A stretch of 64,000 nt of DNA from positions 12,586,001-12,650,000 of the forward strand of contig OX597835.1 of the NCBI GenBank assembly GCA_951406725.2. The letters are read 5' to 3'. The stretch comes from Octopus vulgaris. Its lineage: Eukaryota. A model generated the notes under the pieces. It was not told where the DNA came from. It ran no database searches and worked only from the letters and a program-made list of their open reading frames with translations. Made by a program: the position numbers and the translations under genes. Shown piece after piece: positions 39,269-55,279 of this stretch (position 1 is the first letter of the stretch; every line of letters starts with the position of its first letter).

Positions 39269-39441
39269 GTGACTGTCTGTCTGTCTGTCTGTTTGTTTGT
39301 CCATAAATATAAAAATATATATCTACATGCATGTGTATATGTATATCTATCTGTCTGTCTATCTATCTATCAATTTACTTATCCATAACTATTATCCATA
39401 TTTATGTGTATACGTGTATATGTGTGTGTATGTACGTATGC

Positions 39442-39496
<55 letters not shown>

Positions 39497-39930
39497 CATC
39501 CATCCATGTATCTATCCATCCATCCATGTATCTATCTGTCTATCGATCGATCGATCTGCCTCTATGACAAACCTCTCTCATAAACATATCTACAAGCGAA
39601 CCAATCGTTTACAACTAATACTTCAGCATCTGAAAAGACTTATACATATATCTATGCACACCACCACAACATCCCTGTCGCCTTGACGATAAAATCCTAA
39701 GAACCCAGCTTTAATATTGCAATAAAATTTGACCAGTTTCCATGGAAATTTTGACAGAATAGCTTTAAGGTGAAGAAATTTATATTTCTTATTTGGATTT
39801 CGGAAGCTATTAAAGAACGATTTATTTCAACCGGCACTGGAACTATTAAACAAAAGCTATATAATATTTTTGTTATATATTATACAACTTTTACTTTATA
39901 TATATACAAATAAATAAATATGTATATATG

Positions 39931-39976
<46 letters not shown>

Positions 39977-40040
39977 TATATGTATGTATATATATATATA
40001 TATATATATATAAATATATGTAAGTATGCATATATATATG

Positions 40041-40093
<53 letters not shown>

Positions 40094-40116
40094 ATATTTA
40101 TATGCATATATATATA

Positions 40117-40147
<31 letters not shown>

Positions 40148-40393
40148 TATGTAAGTACATATATATATGTATATATATATGTATATATATATATGTATAT
40201 ATTTATATGCATATATATAATGTATGTATATATATGTATATATATACATATGTATGTATATATACATATGTATGTATATACATATATATATATGTATGTA
40301 TATATATATATATATACATACATATAATAAAACACATACATATACTCATACATACATACATACAAAGATATATATATATATATACCATATACC

Positions 40394-40445
<52 letters not shown>

Positions 40446-40755
40446 CATATATATATATATATGTGTATATTTATATATATGTATGTATGTATATGCATAT
40501 GCGTATTTTGACTTCCAAATTTACGTTTTGTTATTCTTTCCACACATCACGTCTTTGTTCTGAAAAGCCAGAACCAGCAACATGTTCTTGAAGAGTTTGG
40601 TGCCACGATTCATGGAGTTTTACTGAGATGAGAAACACGCTCACCTGGAAAGCTCATTGCTGTCGCTCAGCCACCAAGAAATAGCAACCAGATGGCCGTC
40701 AACTTATATGGTAAAGTTTCTCATATATAGGGCATATGGAATTGTATAGTCACCT

Positions 40756-40788
<33 letters not shown>

Positions 40789-40826
40789 TGAAGGCGCATG
40801 ATAAATAAGAAATATAAATATACATA

Positions 40827-41250
40827 GGCGCAGGCGAGGCTCTGTGGTAAGAAGGCTTGCTTCCTGACCACATGGCTATGGATTCAGTCCCATTGCGTGG
40901 CACCTTGGGCAAGTGTCTTCTACTACAGCCTCGGGCCGACCAAAATCTTGTGAGTGGATTTGGTAGGCGGAAACTGAAAGAAGCCCGTCGCATATGTATA
41001 TGCATATATTTATGTCTATGTGTCTTTGTGTTTTGTTTTTATCCTCGCCCCCCCCCCATCACCGCTTGACAACCAGTGTTGGTGAGCTTACATCCCCAGA
41101 ACTTAGTGGTTCGGCAAAAGAGACCGATAGCTTAAGTACTAGGCTTACAAAGAAAAAGTTCTGGGGTCGGTTTCTTCGACTATAAAACCCTGTAAGGCGG
41201 TGCTCCAGAATGGCCTTGTCAAATGACTGAAACAAGTAAAAGAAAAAAAG
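40827..41250 (+). mobile_element. SINE family A, moderately diverged
   Basis: Full set of family A motifs. Confidence 0.88.
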
Positions 41251-41260
41251 AATATTATAT

Positions 41261-41618
41261 GAAGGCGTATGGCTCAGTGGTTAGAGCGTCGGGCTCACAA
41301 TCATGAGGTTGTGAGCTCGAATCCCGGACCGGGCTGCGTGTTGTGTTCTTGAGCAAGACACTTTATTTCACATTGTTGCAGTTAACTCAGCTGTAGAAAT
41401 GAGTTATGACGTCACTGGTGCCAAGCTGTATCGGCCCCTTTGCTTTCCCCTTGGATAACATCAGATCTATAGACAGATGACGTCACTGGTGCCAAGCTGT
41501 ATCGGCCCCTTTGCCTTTCCCTTGGATAACATCAGATCTATAGACAGATGACGTCACTGGTGCCAAGCTGTATCGACCCGTTTGCCTTTCCCTTGGATAA
41601 CATAAGATCTATAGACAG
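41261..41618 (+). mobile_element. SINE family C (tail W) with a triplicated 71-bp 3' segment
   Basis: ATGACGTCACTGGTGCCAAGC...GATCTATAGACAG at 41406, 41477, 41548. Confidence 0.9.
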
Positions 41619-41649
41619 ATCCCTTGTTTACCGATAGCAATGATACACC

Positions 41650-42290
41650 TACGTTTCATCCCCTGTCTCTATATCGGAAAAAAACCTTATCTTCATCGGC
41701 TTCAAACGCTTCCAACAGAACAGAGCAAACCTCTATCCTTCTCTGCTTCAAATCGGGTGTCACCTGCCGAGATATCTGCTTTGCACTCACTTTCCGATGC
41801 CCAAAATCTTCCCCTGTCTTCTGTATTGCATTCTGGCCAAAATCCAGTTGTACAACAAGCTAACAGATTCTGATTCTTCAATCCTCACGAATCAAATACG
41901 CCCACTCGCTGGCGATTCGTGTCCTTTGTCGGAGCCAATTGCCTCCCATTGCATGGATTCTCTTCAAAGCTGGTTTCAATTTCTTTAAACTTCTTTATTC
42001 ATCTGCACACGTTGCTCTTATCAATGGTGTCATCTCAGTAAACCTCCTTTAGTCTTCTGTGACTGTTGGACGACTTGTACCTCTTCTTCGTCAAAAGCTC
42101 AATGACGGCCCATGGTTTCTGTTTGAAACTCATAATTTGCCCGCAATGAAGAAGAAGAAGAAAAGGAGAAAGAGTTGCTATAAAGGAGGAGCATGTGCGG
42201 TTTGAACCACTGCGTGGAATTTGAACGACCGATGCCAGTTGATAAAAAGGATACGCCCATTTTTGTATTACGTTTGGTATAACCCCTATG
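41650..42290 (-). pseudogene. Decayed mariner transposase (N-terminal HTH region to first catalytic D) with 5' end
   Basis: From ATG 42133: MSFKQKPWAVIELLTKK...SHRRLKEVY*DDTIDKSNVCR*IKKFKE...; after a frameshift FGHRKVSAKQISRQVTPDLKQRRIEVC...; then ETGDET (cf. TGDETW). Stops and frameshifts present. Confidence 0.88.
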
Positions 42291-42832
42291 TATGTATGTA
42301 TGTATGTATGCATCTATGTATGTATGTATGTATGTATGTATGTATTTATGTATGTATGTATGTATGTATGATGTATGTATGTATGTATGTATGTATGTAT
42401 GATGTATGTATGTATGTATGTATGTATGTATGTATGTATGTATGTATGTATGTATGTATGATGTATGTATGTATGTATGTATGATGTATGTATGTATGTA
42501 TGTATGAATGTATGTATGTAATTATGTATGTATGTATGTATGTATGTATGCATGTACGCATGTATGTATGCATGTATGCATGTATGTATGAATGTATGTA
42601 TGCATGTATGTATATATGTATGTATGCATGTATGTATGCATGTATGCATGCATGTATGTATATATGTATGTATGCATGTATGTATGCATGTATGTATGCA
42701 TGTATGAATGCATGCTTGCATATTTGTATGCATACGTGCGCTTGTGTGTACACACACACATATGTATATGTATATATATACACATTGTGCTATGTATGTA
42801 TGCTAAAAGGTATGTATGCGCGCGTGTATATG

Positions 42833-42901
<69 letters not shown>

Positions 42902-42904
42902 GTA

Positions 42905-42975
<71 letters not shown>
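42285..42975. repeat. (TATG)n / (TA)n compound microsatellite
   Basis: Directly visible. Confidence 0.97.
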
Positions 42976-42978
<3 letters not shown>

Positions 42979-44023
42979 CGTTTCTTTGTTTACTCGCTAT
43001 TAACAATTTAAAGGGATGTGGGAATATTTGCAAGACGGGAATACAAAACCTGATATTTCCCCGCTATTAATTTTTCATCAAAAGTTTTTAGAAAAAAAAA
43101 AAAAATTAACCAAATTTAAAAGACAACAAATGAACAAATAAAAAAAAAAAAGAACAAAAAAGAGATTTCAGCAAAATGCAACCAACCCTTGTTATCTGTC
43201 ATTTTTAATAACGTAACAGCTTTGGCTTTCAACCGAGCGTGCTTGCTTCAATCATTTAGTGGAATGGTTTTCCCTCTTCATACAGCCATCTATTGCCATT
43301 CATCTCTTCTCGAAATTCTATTCTTACAGACATCTTAGTGAACCCTAATCATCAATTCACAACATATCTCATTTACTTAATTCAATTAACTTCAATTAGG
43401 CATTCACAAGCCCCATCCTTCAGGCTCTTCTGCCTTTCAATTTGTAATGTTTCCTTCCAGCTGTTCCACTCAATAATTTAACGTGTTTTTCTCTGTCGGC
43501 CCAAATCACCAGTTTACAATGTCCGCTCTAAAGATAACCTCCACTCCTATAATCTATCTATTAACAACAATGATAATCAATTCACTTTTCTCACCCTAAC
43601 CAGGGTGATCTATTACAACAATAAATACCCGTTTTCCACCCGTTTCTTTCATCTTCTGCTCAATTAAATTCAATCATCAGCTGAAAACTTCAAAGTTGCA
43701 TTATAACAAAGTAAGTTTTGTTCGTTTTATAACTTTTTCAGGCAAATAAAAGATTCTTGATTAGTTTTAGCAGTGTTATAGCCCCGAGCCCTACCCCGCT
43801 CTACTACTTTACCCCTGTAGAAGCAATTCTTCAAGCCAACAAATGAGTTTCTATGTGCTCTTTGGAACTTGCAAGAAATAGCAGCCAAATCTCTCTCAAA
43901 TCATATATGAGCACAGCGTCGATTTTCCGGCGTCTTTCGTTCCAAACCTTTCCGGATCACCGACTTTTCTGAACCAGCGATTTATGGAGTGGCGGTGGGT
44001 TACCTTAGTCAACATACTCCAAA

Positions 44024-44190
44024 TAAAAGAAACCCTTTGGGGTTTGGATAACTCACATCTGGAAACATGGGTGTTTTGATCAACATCTTTAAACAACCCT
44101 TATTCAGGGACCTTTTGAACGGGATGGGTTACTCGACCTGAAAAGAATTCTAACTGGGCCTCACCTGCAAGGTCATGTGCTGTTTATCGT
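44024..44190 (+). mobile_element. Internal fragment of the 48991-49544 element family
   Basis: Reverse complement of ~49140-49295 (CTTTGGGGTTTG...CTTATTCAGGGACCTTTTGA...GCAAGGTCATGTGCTGTTTATC). Confidence 0.85.
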
Positions 44191-45399
44191 GTCACATGAG
44201 ATCATACAAAAGACTGGGGACTGTACAGAACTATAGAATGCAAATACTGTGGGGGTTGAAACGTGTAAATAACAATAACAATGAGGATTTCAATAATTAA
44301 AATCCCCAAAAGAGGAAGACTTCTAAGGGCTGCTCGTTGAAACCCACAAAATAACGATCGTTCTGACCTCTAGGGCAAGTATTCTCTCCTTGCCATCTAC
44401 CCTTGATCTAGAGGCGCATGCTTAGAGTAGGTTTGCACACTCGAGCCATTCGTGTTACGTTCACTCACCTCTTAACAAAATGGCTGAAAGGCAGCATTTC
44501 CTTCTCTACTTTCACTTTCCTATAATAATGATAATCCTTTCTACTAACGGCACAAGACCTTTATGATGATGATGTTGAGGATAATGATGATGCAGTACTA
44601 TTAAAACTCATAAAAAGATTGGCCATATTTAGCTAAGCAACAAGTAACGCAAATAATGTATTCTCGCACATTACCTCGGCCCAGATCTAGAGTTAAACAA
44701 CAACAACAACAACAGCAGGACATATAGTCCCACCTTTTAACTACACCAGCAAAGAGATTTGTGGCTAAACGATAATGCAGCCGTAGGCGAATGGCTCTAC
44801 GTCCGTTTCGATGATGAACATTCAGTTGTTCAGTCAACTGAACTTCCTATTTCTTGGCCTAGCGTGTCACTGGCTGAGTTCTCCGTAGCCACATATCAGC
44901 GTAATACCTCGACACAATCAGCGTGACACAGAGTGTGACAAAGTTTGTACAACCTATATGACGGGCTTCCACACACTTTCCGTCTGGCCTCAGTTTCACG
45001 AATAAGGTTTTGGGTCAACCCGAGGTTACAGTAAATGATACTTATCTACGGTGTCACGGAGTGGGATTGAACTTGGGTGCTTATAATAGTGTAGGCGTCA
45101 AGAAGTATGTACAAGGGGTGGGGTGGTTATCATTCAACTTGCGGAAAATTTGGTTTTGAGGTGATACTTCGACTCAACCACAACTTTTCAGGGGGAGGGA
45201 GTTCTGAAAAACAAGAAGGATTAACATCCTACCCCACTCTAGTGTAGCGAATTTTTTAATCCTTTGGTTATATTTCCTCGGAGATCGCAGGACTTAAAGT
45301 GAGTCTGAAAGAAATAATTAAATGAAGACGAGGTTGCCACGGTTGGAATTCGTTCGATCATATGTCAGTCCGTTTTGAGCTGAACTGGGGCTAATCTAC

Positions 45400-46015
45400 A
45401 AACAGCAGCAACGTGAATAACAGCAACAGTAACAATAGTTTGAGCAAGAAGAAGAAGAAGGAGGAGGAGGAGGACGTGGAGGAGGAGGAGGAGGAGGAGG
45501 AGAAGAAGAAGAAGACGAAGAAGAGAAGAAGAAGTAGATGATGATGATGATGATGATAATGATGATGATAGTGGTGGTGGTGATGACGATAACGATGATA
45601 ATGAAGGAGAAAGAAGAGGAGAAGAAGGAGGAGGAAGGAGAAGACAATGAATGATGATGAAGGAGAAAGAGGAAGAGGAGAAAGAAGAAGAAAAAGAAGA
45701 AGAGGAGGAAAAGAAGGGAAAAGAATACCGACAACGACAGCAAGGGCAAGAAGAGGAGGAGGAGGAGAAGAAGAAGAAGAAGAAGAAGAAGAAGAAGAAG
45801 AAGAAGAAGAAGAAGAAGAAAGAAGAAGAAGAAGAAGAAGAAGAAGAAGAAGAAGAAGAAGAAGAAGAAGAAATGGAAGAAGAAGAAGAAGAAATGGAAG
45901 AAGAAGAAGAAGAAGAAGAAGAAGAAATGGAAGAAGAAGAAGAAGAAGAAGAAAAAGAAGAAGAAGAAGAAGAGGAAGAATAATAATAATAATAAGAAGA
46001 AGAAGAGAGACCATC

Positions 46016-46047
<32 letters not shown>

Positions 46048-46154
46048 CAACGACAACTGAAGCTATGTCCCTTAATAGTTCTGGGAATATCCGTCACTCG
46101 AACTGATGCTTCAATCAATAACGACCGAAACTGCTGCCGCTGCTACTGCTGCTG

Positions 46155-46203
<49 letters not shown>

Positions 46204-46205
46204 TT

Positions 46206-46236
<31 letters not shown>

Positions 46237-46237
46237 A

Positions 46238-46290
<53 letters not shown>

Positions 46291-46316
46291 AACCACTACT
46301 ACTTCTACTACTACTT

Positions 46317-46389
<73 letters not shown>

Positions 46390-46480
46390 CACAACCACCA
46401 CTACCATCACCGTCGCCGCCACTACTACCACCACCACCATTGCAACCTTAGAACTCCTGATGCTGCTGCTGCTGCTATTA
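45400..46480. repeat. Compound trinucleotide microsatellites (GAA, GGA, GAT, CAA, CTA, CTG)
   Basis: Directly visible; source of the poly-E/R/T ORFs. Confidence 0.97.
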
Positions 46481-46791
46481 CTATGTATATATAAAAGGAC
46501 TGATTTATTCCCCCCCTCTCCCTCCCCCCTCTGATGTTATTCCAGTTTGGTTAATCCAAGATTAACGATGAATATATTAGTTTGGGGGAAGACGATTTAT
46601 CTGTTGGTAGCTTCAGATTTTAGAATGCATAAACGGAAAAGAGTGAGTGTTGGGCATTGATTTTCGACATTGTTTGTGCCAGAGATCGATAATCCGGCAA
46701 TTAATATATATATATACATCTGTGAAAATATCAATGCATACATGAGCAGCCAGAGGTTGAGTCGGATGAAATATGGCCGACCACATGTGTG

Positions 46792-46823
<32 letters not shown>

Positions 46824-46911
46824 TGTATGTATGTATGTATGTATGTATGTATGTATGTATGTATGTATGTATGTATGTATGTATGTATGTATGTATGTAT
46901 ATATATATATG

Positions 46912-47016
<105 letters not shown>

Positions 47017-47076
47017 ATATTGTCTGTGAGAAAAGTAACGATTGGTTGAGTTTAGAGACCTAGAGAGATGCATAGA

Positions 47077-47121
<45 letters not shown>

Positions 47122-47301
47122 TGTGGATTGTATTTGATGAGTAGGCAGATAGATGAGTGTGTGTGTGTATGTATATATTTATATACATATAAATATATAT
47201 GTATGTATGTACGTATGTTATATATATATGTAAATTTATCGACTGCTATTTCCAGTAAACACTGGTGCCTTGTTGTACCACTACTTTCTCTCTCTCTCTC
47301 A

Positions 47302-47348
<47 letters not shown>

Positions 47349-47439
47349 CACACACATATACATGCAAATGTATATATGTGTACATATAAACGTATATGCA
47401 TGTGTATGTAGGTTGTCTGTATGTATATATATATGTATA

Positions 47440-47533
<94 letters not shown>

Positions 47534-47743
47534 ATACACACACATATATATGTCTGTACACATCTTTCGAATTGGCATTCTTAGTCACGCTCACATACGT
47601 GTAGCTTCATTTTTGCCTTTATTTTCTACGCACAAACAGAAATACATATATACACACACACGCAGAAACACACATATAGATATAGTTATACAGCTAGTTA
47701 TGTATGTAGGTATCTTTCTCTCCTAATTAAAACACATATACGC

Positions 47744-47798
<55 letters not shown>

Positions 47799-47869
47799 CA
47801 TAAACATATGCACACATATATATGTATTTATATATGTATATATGTATGTGTGTGTATATATAGATAGAT

Positions 47870-47962
<93 letters not shown>

Positions 47963-47984
47963 TGCATATATATACATGTATGTA

Positions 47985-48030
<46 letters not shown>

Positions 48031-48081
48031 AAAACACATTTGCACATTCACACACATACTTAGAGAGGTGTGTGGGTGTGT

Positions 48082-48124
<43 letters not shown>

Positions 48125-48269
48125 AGAAAATAGGATAAAATGAATGAAGAGAAAGAAGGGAGGAAAATATAGATAGATAGAGAGTCAGCAAGAGAGAGAG
48201 AAAGAGAATAAGAGAGAAAAGGAAAGAAGGAGAGAAGAAACAGCTGTACTCTAAAGATATTTTGTAGGT

Positions 48270-48915
48270 TTATTTTTTTTGTGTAAAGAACGTTCCAGAA
48301 AGATGAAGACCATTAGTGGCGCAGAGAACATACACTTGTTCCTTCCTATGTAATTTACCGCGAGAGATATTTAACTTAATAAAAGGAGTTGTTCCCGGCT
48401 AAGCAGTAAACGTTCGTGGTCGTCTGTACGATCGTCTGATTGTAACACGTCTTGATCAACGTCAGTATGTATTTCATTTCTTCCAAACGTACTAATTTGT
48501 GCGAGCGGCGGCCGACGGTTCTGGAAGTGTAATCCCGCCTTTAGATTACACCCTTTCATCATTAAGTACATATACATAAGATTATACACTCTTCCAACAT
48601 GAAGTTGTAATTGTGCAGTTTTATGGTTTTATTCCACGCCTTGATCCAAGTTCAGCTCCGGTCAGGTTGGTATGTATCCTGCTGCTCCAATAATAATAGC
48701 TATGATGCTGAACGTATATCGTGGGAACTGGATTTGTAAACGCCTTATCAATTGTCCATATATGTCCTTTTGTATTTTTTTAACCACACTCGTGTCCAGA
48801 GAGCAGCTGATTTCCAGAACAGAACATATTTTCTTGTGGTCCGACACAACAATACCTGATCGGTTGTGTTTGAACTTGGTGGCTGTTTAAATTTGAGGTA
48901 TTTTCTGATGAAGTT
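48270..48915 (-). pseudogene. R4/Dong-like (RLE) non-LTR retrotransposon: endonuclease C-terminus and 3' UTR
   Basis: Minus strand: KHNRSGIVVSDHKKICSVLEISCSLDTSVVKKIQKDIYGQLIRRLQIQFPRYTFSIIAIIIGAAGYIP, matching the HNRPDIV...IE.SCP.D...K...Y..L...IIPIIIGALG pattern of the RLE nuclease. Confidence 0.8.
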
Positions 48916-48921
48916 CACTGA

Positions 48922-49698
<777 letters not shown>

Positions 49699-49699
49699 A

Positions 49700-50350
49700 C
49701 TTCACCGTGTTGGATCTGGAGAATGCAAATTCGGTGAGGTAGCAATATTTGATACTTTCTCAGCATGCTTGTTTACCAAGTCTTCATTACTTAATAGGAT
49801 GTAGAAGGCTTCCTCAAGGCACAGGTTACATACGCAAGATAGTGTATTTTATGGGTGCGCATGTTTTATTATTGACCATTCTATTTCTTTTTCTTTCCAT
49901 ATTAGGTCCGCTAGTGATGTTGCATGTCGCCGGCTTATCTTTCGGAATGAGGAGACATGATTGCTATAACGGACCTTAAATTGGTTTTCGGAGGCTCCTA
50001 CGTATGCGTATTATGCTATGGTGTGGTGATTATTGCGTTTGTATATAATCTTTGTTTTCCATGCATTAGTTCCTGAGTGGACATGCAGATTTCTTGCAAC
50101 AGCTGAAATTATTTATTCTATTATTATTTTTGTAGTTATTTGGTAACATTTTGTATTTGTGATGCTCCAATTGATTAGCAGTGTCTGAAGTGTTCTTGAT
50201 GTTATTGTCTATAGTCTGTTTTGTTGACTCGTTTTTGAGTTTTTGCTTGAATCCTATTATAACTGTCGGGATAGCTATCCATGTCTTTGTGATCCCTATT
50301 GCGTTTTTTTTATTATTGTTCCTATACCCTGTGCTGGAATCCCATGGTGT
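49700..50350 (-). pseudogene. Decayed R4/Dong-like RT thumb region (probably the same element as 48270-48915)
   Basis: NKKNAI...AIPTVIIGF...IDNNIK and YVTCAL-GG motifs resemble NK..A.N..A.PV..Y.FG...ID...RK and RLY..R..GG. Confidence 0.45.
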
Positions 50351-50423
<73 letters not shown>

Positions 50424-50534
50424 CGAATATTCTTAGAAATATCACCACCAGTGGCTTAGCATGTATCTATTGACTATATATATATATTAGTTCCACCGCC
50501 AGTTAGCTGCGGCTTCAACATATACATATATATG

Positions 50535-50765
50535 TGTGTGTGTTTCTGTTTATGTTGTGTTTGTCAACCCCTCCCCACCGCATGAAACTGGTGTTACCCT
50601 TTTTACATCTCCGTCAGTTAGCGGTTCGGCAAAATATACCAATATAATAAGTATAGCACTTAAAAAATAAATATATATAAGTACTGGAGTTGATTTATTC
50701 GACTAAACCTTTAAAGGCTATACGTCCCTGCATGGCCGCAGTCCAATGACTGAAACAAATAAGAG
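50535..50765 (+). mobile_element. SINE family A, 3' half
   Basis: TTAGCGGTTCGGCAAAA...GCATGGCCGCAGTCCAATGACTGAAACAA. Confidence 0.8.
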
Positions 50766-51132
50766 ATTAGTTAAAAATTGCTTTAAAGAATGATTTGTCT
50801 AAAATGTTTCGAGCTTGAACAAACAATGTGTTGTCATGCAAGAATGAGTCGACCCTAGGTTATGCGGATAATTATTTAATGGTTACTCTCTCGCTGTGTC
50901 ACCGGACCACAAGGGTAAAGGCCAACTGATAATGTTAGTATCGATAATGACAAAATGAACACAATTATATATATACATACATACATACATACATACATAC
51001 ATACATACATGCATACATACATGCATACATACATACATGCATACATACATGAATACATACGTATATACATGCATACATAAATATATACATACATAGTACG
51101 TATATATATATATATATATATACACACATAGA

Positions 51133-51198
<66 letters not shown>

Positions 51199-51274
51199 CG
51201 CATATATATAAATATATATATATATATATACATATGCATATGCATACATTATACGTATATGTATATAAACATAG

Positions 51275-51362
<88 letters not shown>

Positions 51363-51583
51363 ATATTGATGTATGTGTACATGTATGTATTTAGGTGTGT
51401 ATGGATGGATGAATGGATGAACAGATCGATGTATATGTGAATTATAGGAAGGTTGTTAATTACATTAGTGCGTCTCATGCTGAGGGTGATTATATTATTA
51501 TCTCTTAGAATGTAACATATATATATATATATGTCTATGTATATGTATGTGTGTGTATGTGTGTGTATATATGTATATATATC

Positions 51584-51804
51584 TCTTTTACTCTTTTACT
51601 CTTTTACTTGTTTCAGTCATTTGACTGCGGCCATGCTGGAGCACCGCCTTTAGTCGAGCAAATCGACCCCGGGACTTATTCTTTGTAAGCCCAGTACTTA
51701 TTTTATCAGTCTCTTTTGCCGAACCGCTAAGTGACGGGGACGTAAACATACCAGCATCGGTTGTCAAGCAATGCTAGGGGGACAAACACAGACACACAAA
51801 CACA

Positions 51805-51902
<98 letters not shown>

Positions 51903-52062
51903 CGACAGGCTTCTTTCAGTTTCCGTCTACCAAATCCACTCACAAGGCATTGGTCGGCCCGGGGCTATAGCAGAAGACACTTGCCCAAGATGCCACGCAG
52001 TGCGACTGAACCCGGAACCATGTGGTTGGTTAGCAAGCTACTTACCACACAGCCACTCCTGC
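51584..52062 (-). mobile_element. SINE family A, young full-length copy
   Basis: Near-identical to the reverse complement of the 28210 and 31528 copies. Confidence 0.95.
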
Positions 52063-52689
52063 ATATAAGCATCATTCTTTGTCTCTCCTACTCCTTATTG
52101 ACACATCTCCCCCTCCCATTCTCTTTCACATGATTTCAACACTTTAGCATTCGTTGCTGACACCGTCCACCATTCTAAAGTCTCCTATTTCTGTCTGACT
52201 TTTCCTATCATTCTCTCACTTCCCTTTTCTCCCTTTTCTGCGAACGGAAATTACGTAAGGGAGAAGTAAGGACTATCTAATATTTAAAAAAAGGATCCTG
52301 GCTCCTTTCAATGAACTGATGGATTATGAAGAAGAAAAAATGTATGTCCTTGTTTTTGCTTTTTAAAAATTGCTGATGATATCTGCCGGTTGCTACATCT
52401 GAGAGAACTGTGGCCAATTTTTGGTGAATAAGGGTCTGGATTTGAACTCAGAATGCACAAATTGGATACTGCAAGATATCTCACTCGATGCTATAACAAT
52501 TCTGCCAATCCGACACTTTGGAATGGCAGGCTTTTTTTTTATATCCCAAATGAAAGAAATACAAAGTTGGTCTTTGATCTGAACTCAGAGCAAATCGAGT
52601 CGGAACAAACACCGCAAGGTATTCTATCGAACGCTTTTAACGACTCAACCATATCGTCTTCACAAGAAAAGTGTTCTCGTTAAATTCTA

Positions 52690-53860
52690 AAGAATCTCTC
52701 GGTATAAAAAGGGACGAAGGTTGTTTAAAGAAAACAATCAGATCTGCTCCATCTCGAAACGATTTTTATCGAGAAGCGAAGGGAAAATGAAACAGAATTC
52801 ATTACAACACCGCCAATAAGTTAAGTTAAAGAATTCTGTGAAGTTTGGAGAACGAAGGGTATCACGAGCGAGATTAGCTAAAACAACAAACGCAGCGCCT
52901 GAACAATCGTGTAAAGTCTTATCAGCTGAAGGAATAACACAAGAAGGCAGCAGGGCGCGATAAAATCACAAAATTTTGATTGAAACATTTAAGCAGCGTA
53001 CATGAAATATTTAATAACATATTGAAAGAACAATAAAGAAATCTAAGTGGCTTGGTGAGGAAGAAATCCATCAAATCCCCCAAGAAACAGCAAACCATAA
53101 AACGAAAGACACACGCCTTACTTCAACTAACAAAGCCTTAACTGCAAGCCTTAACTGCATAATGTCACAGAAGATAAATAAATATCTGGGAAAAAATCTG
53201 CAACTCATTTACAAAGAACAAAAGGAATTTTGCAACTGCTCATGAGGCTGTAAAGATCAATTATTGATCGGGAAAGCCATAATCGAAGAGTGTGGGAAGA
53301 GAAAGAAAGGTATGAGCATGGCGTTTATTGATTAAGAGAAAGCTTTTGACAGTGATCCCCACACTTGAATCCTGGAAACATTAGTCATGTGTTAAGGTAA
53401 TACAAACAATAAGTAGATACATTAAATATGTCATAAAGAAACGGCAAGTAATTCTACAGATCCAGACAAAGGGGGAGAATCAGAAAAAAATCAAATCCTA
53501 TATCTATTACAAGAGAAATTATCTAAAAGGAAAAGAATCGCATTCTCCTCTCCTTTTCTTTCAACCAGCTTATTCAGCCAGATCGAACACGGTTACGAAT
53601 ACTATGTTAGGGCAGTCAACCATTCATCTGTATATGGACAACCTCAAATTCTACGCTGTAGATCATAAACAATTAGAAACACTGCTTCAGATTGTGTATG
53701 GATTTATTAATGGAATAGACATGAGTTTCAGGTAAGAAAAAAATTAAAAAAGAGGTTAATTGTGAAGGGAGGAAAACTAATCAAGAAACTAATGATGTGT
53801 TAAGTAAAGAAGTAAATACACACGAATACTTAATGAACTGGACAGAGTACAACACACACA
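52690..53860 (+). pseudogene. Decayed reverse transcriptase of an R4/Dong-like non-LTR retrotransposon
   Basis: EQKEFCNCS*GCKDQLLIGKAIIEECGKRKKGMSMAFID*EKAFDSDPHT*ILETL (~53216-53385), SHSPL (cf. QGDSLSPL), HLYMDNLKFYA (cf. HLLYMDDLKLY, ~53625). Many stops. Confidence 0.88.
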
Positions 53861-53895
53861 AATGAAGGGAAGGGTTAATTATATTAATACTGTAT

Positions 53896-54466
<571 letters not shown>

Positions 54467-54792
54467 ATATGTATGTATGTATGTATGTATGTAATGTATG
54501 TATGTATGTAATGTATGTATGTAATGTATGTATGTAATGTAATGTATGTATGTAATGTATGTATGTATGTATGTATGTATGTATGTATGTAGCTCGATAT
54601 CTTTCATTTTGCCTTTATTCATTCGCGCTATATAACAGTTAATACTGTTGTGCCTTTGGTCTACAAACTAAAACAATCACACACACACACAATTCTAATG
54701 TATTTTAATTTTTATTTTTATATGAAATTTCTTTTTTTCCTCAAAATGTTTTCTCCCATTCTTTATTTTCTTACTTCCTTCTACAATACACG

Positions 54793-54944
54793 CATGCGTA
54801 GCTGTGTGATTAAGAAGCTTTCTTTATAACCACAGGGTTTCGGGTTCAGTTTCATTGTGCAGCACCTTGGGCAATTGCTTTCTACTACAGCCCTGGGCCA
54901 AGCCAAACCTGAGAGTTTCGTAGACGAAAACTGAAAGAAGCCTG

Positions 54945-54980
<36 letters not shown>

Positions 54981-55243
54981 TAAAATACAAAATAGGACAA
55001 GAACGCAAAACATCCGGACAACTAAGTGATACAAAAAGGGACAACAAAAAAACCAGACAGACGATGTCAAAAAATAAAAAAAAAACACATTCGAAGCCTT
55101 TTATCTTCAGTCAAAAACAGGATCATCCTCGCAATTTCGGCTGATTAATTTTTTTTGGTATTGTCTATCTGGATGTTTTGTTGTCCCTTTTTTGTATCAC
55201 CTAGTTGTCCGGATGCTTTATGTTCTTGTCCCATTTTGTATTT

Positions 55244-55279
<36 letters not shown>

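Noticed and set aside
43896-44020. HTH-like peptide 'HRHSINRWFRKV'
   Set aside because: Too short, and the ORF is partly made of an unrelated repeat fragment.
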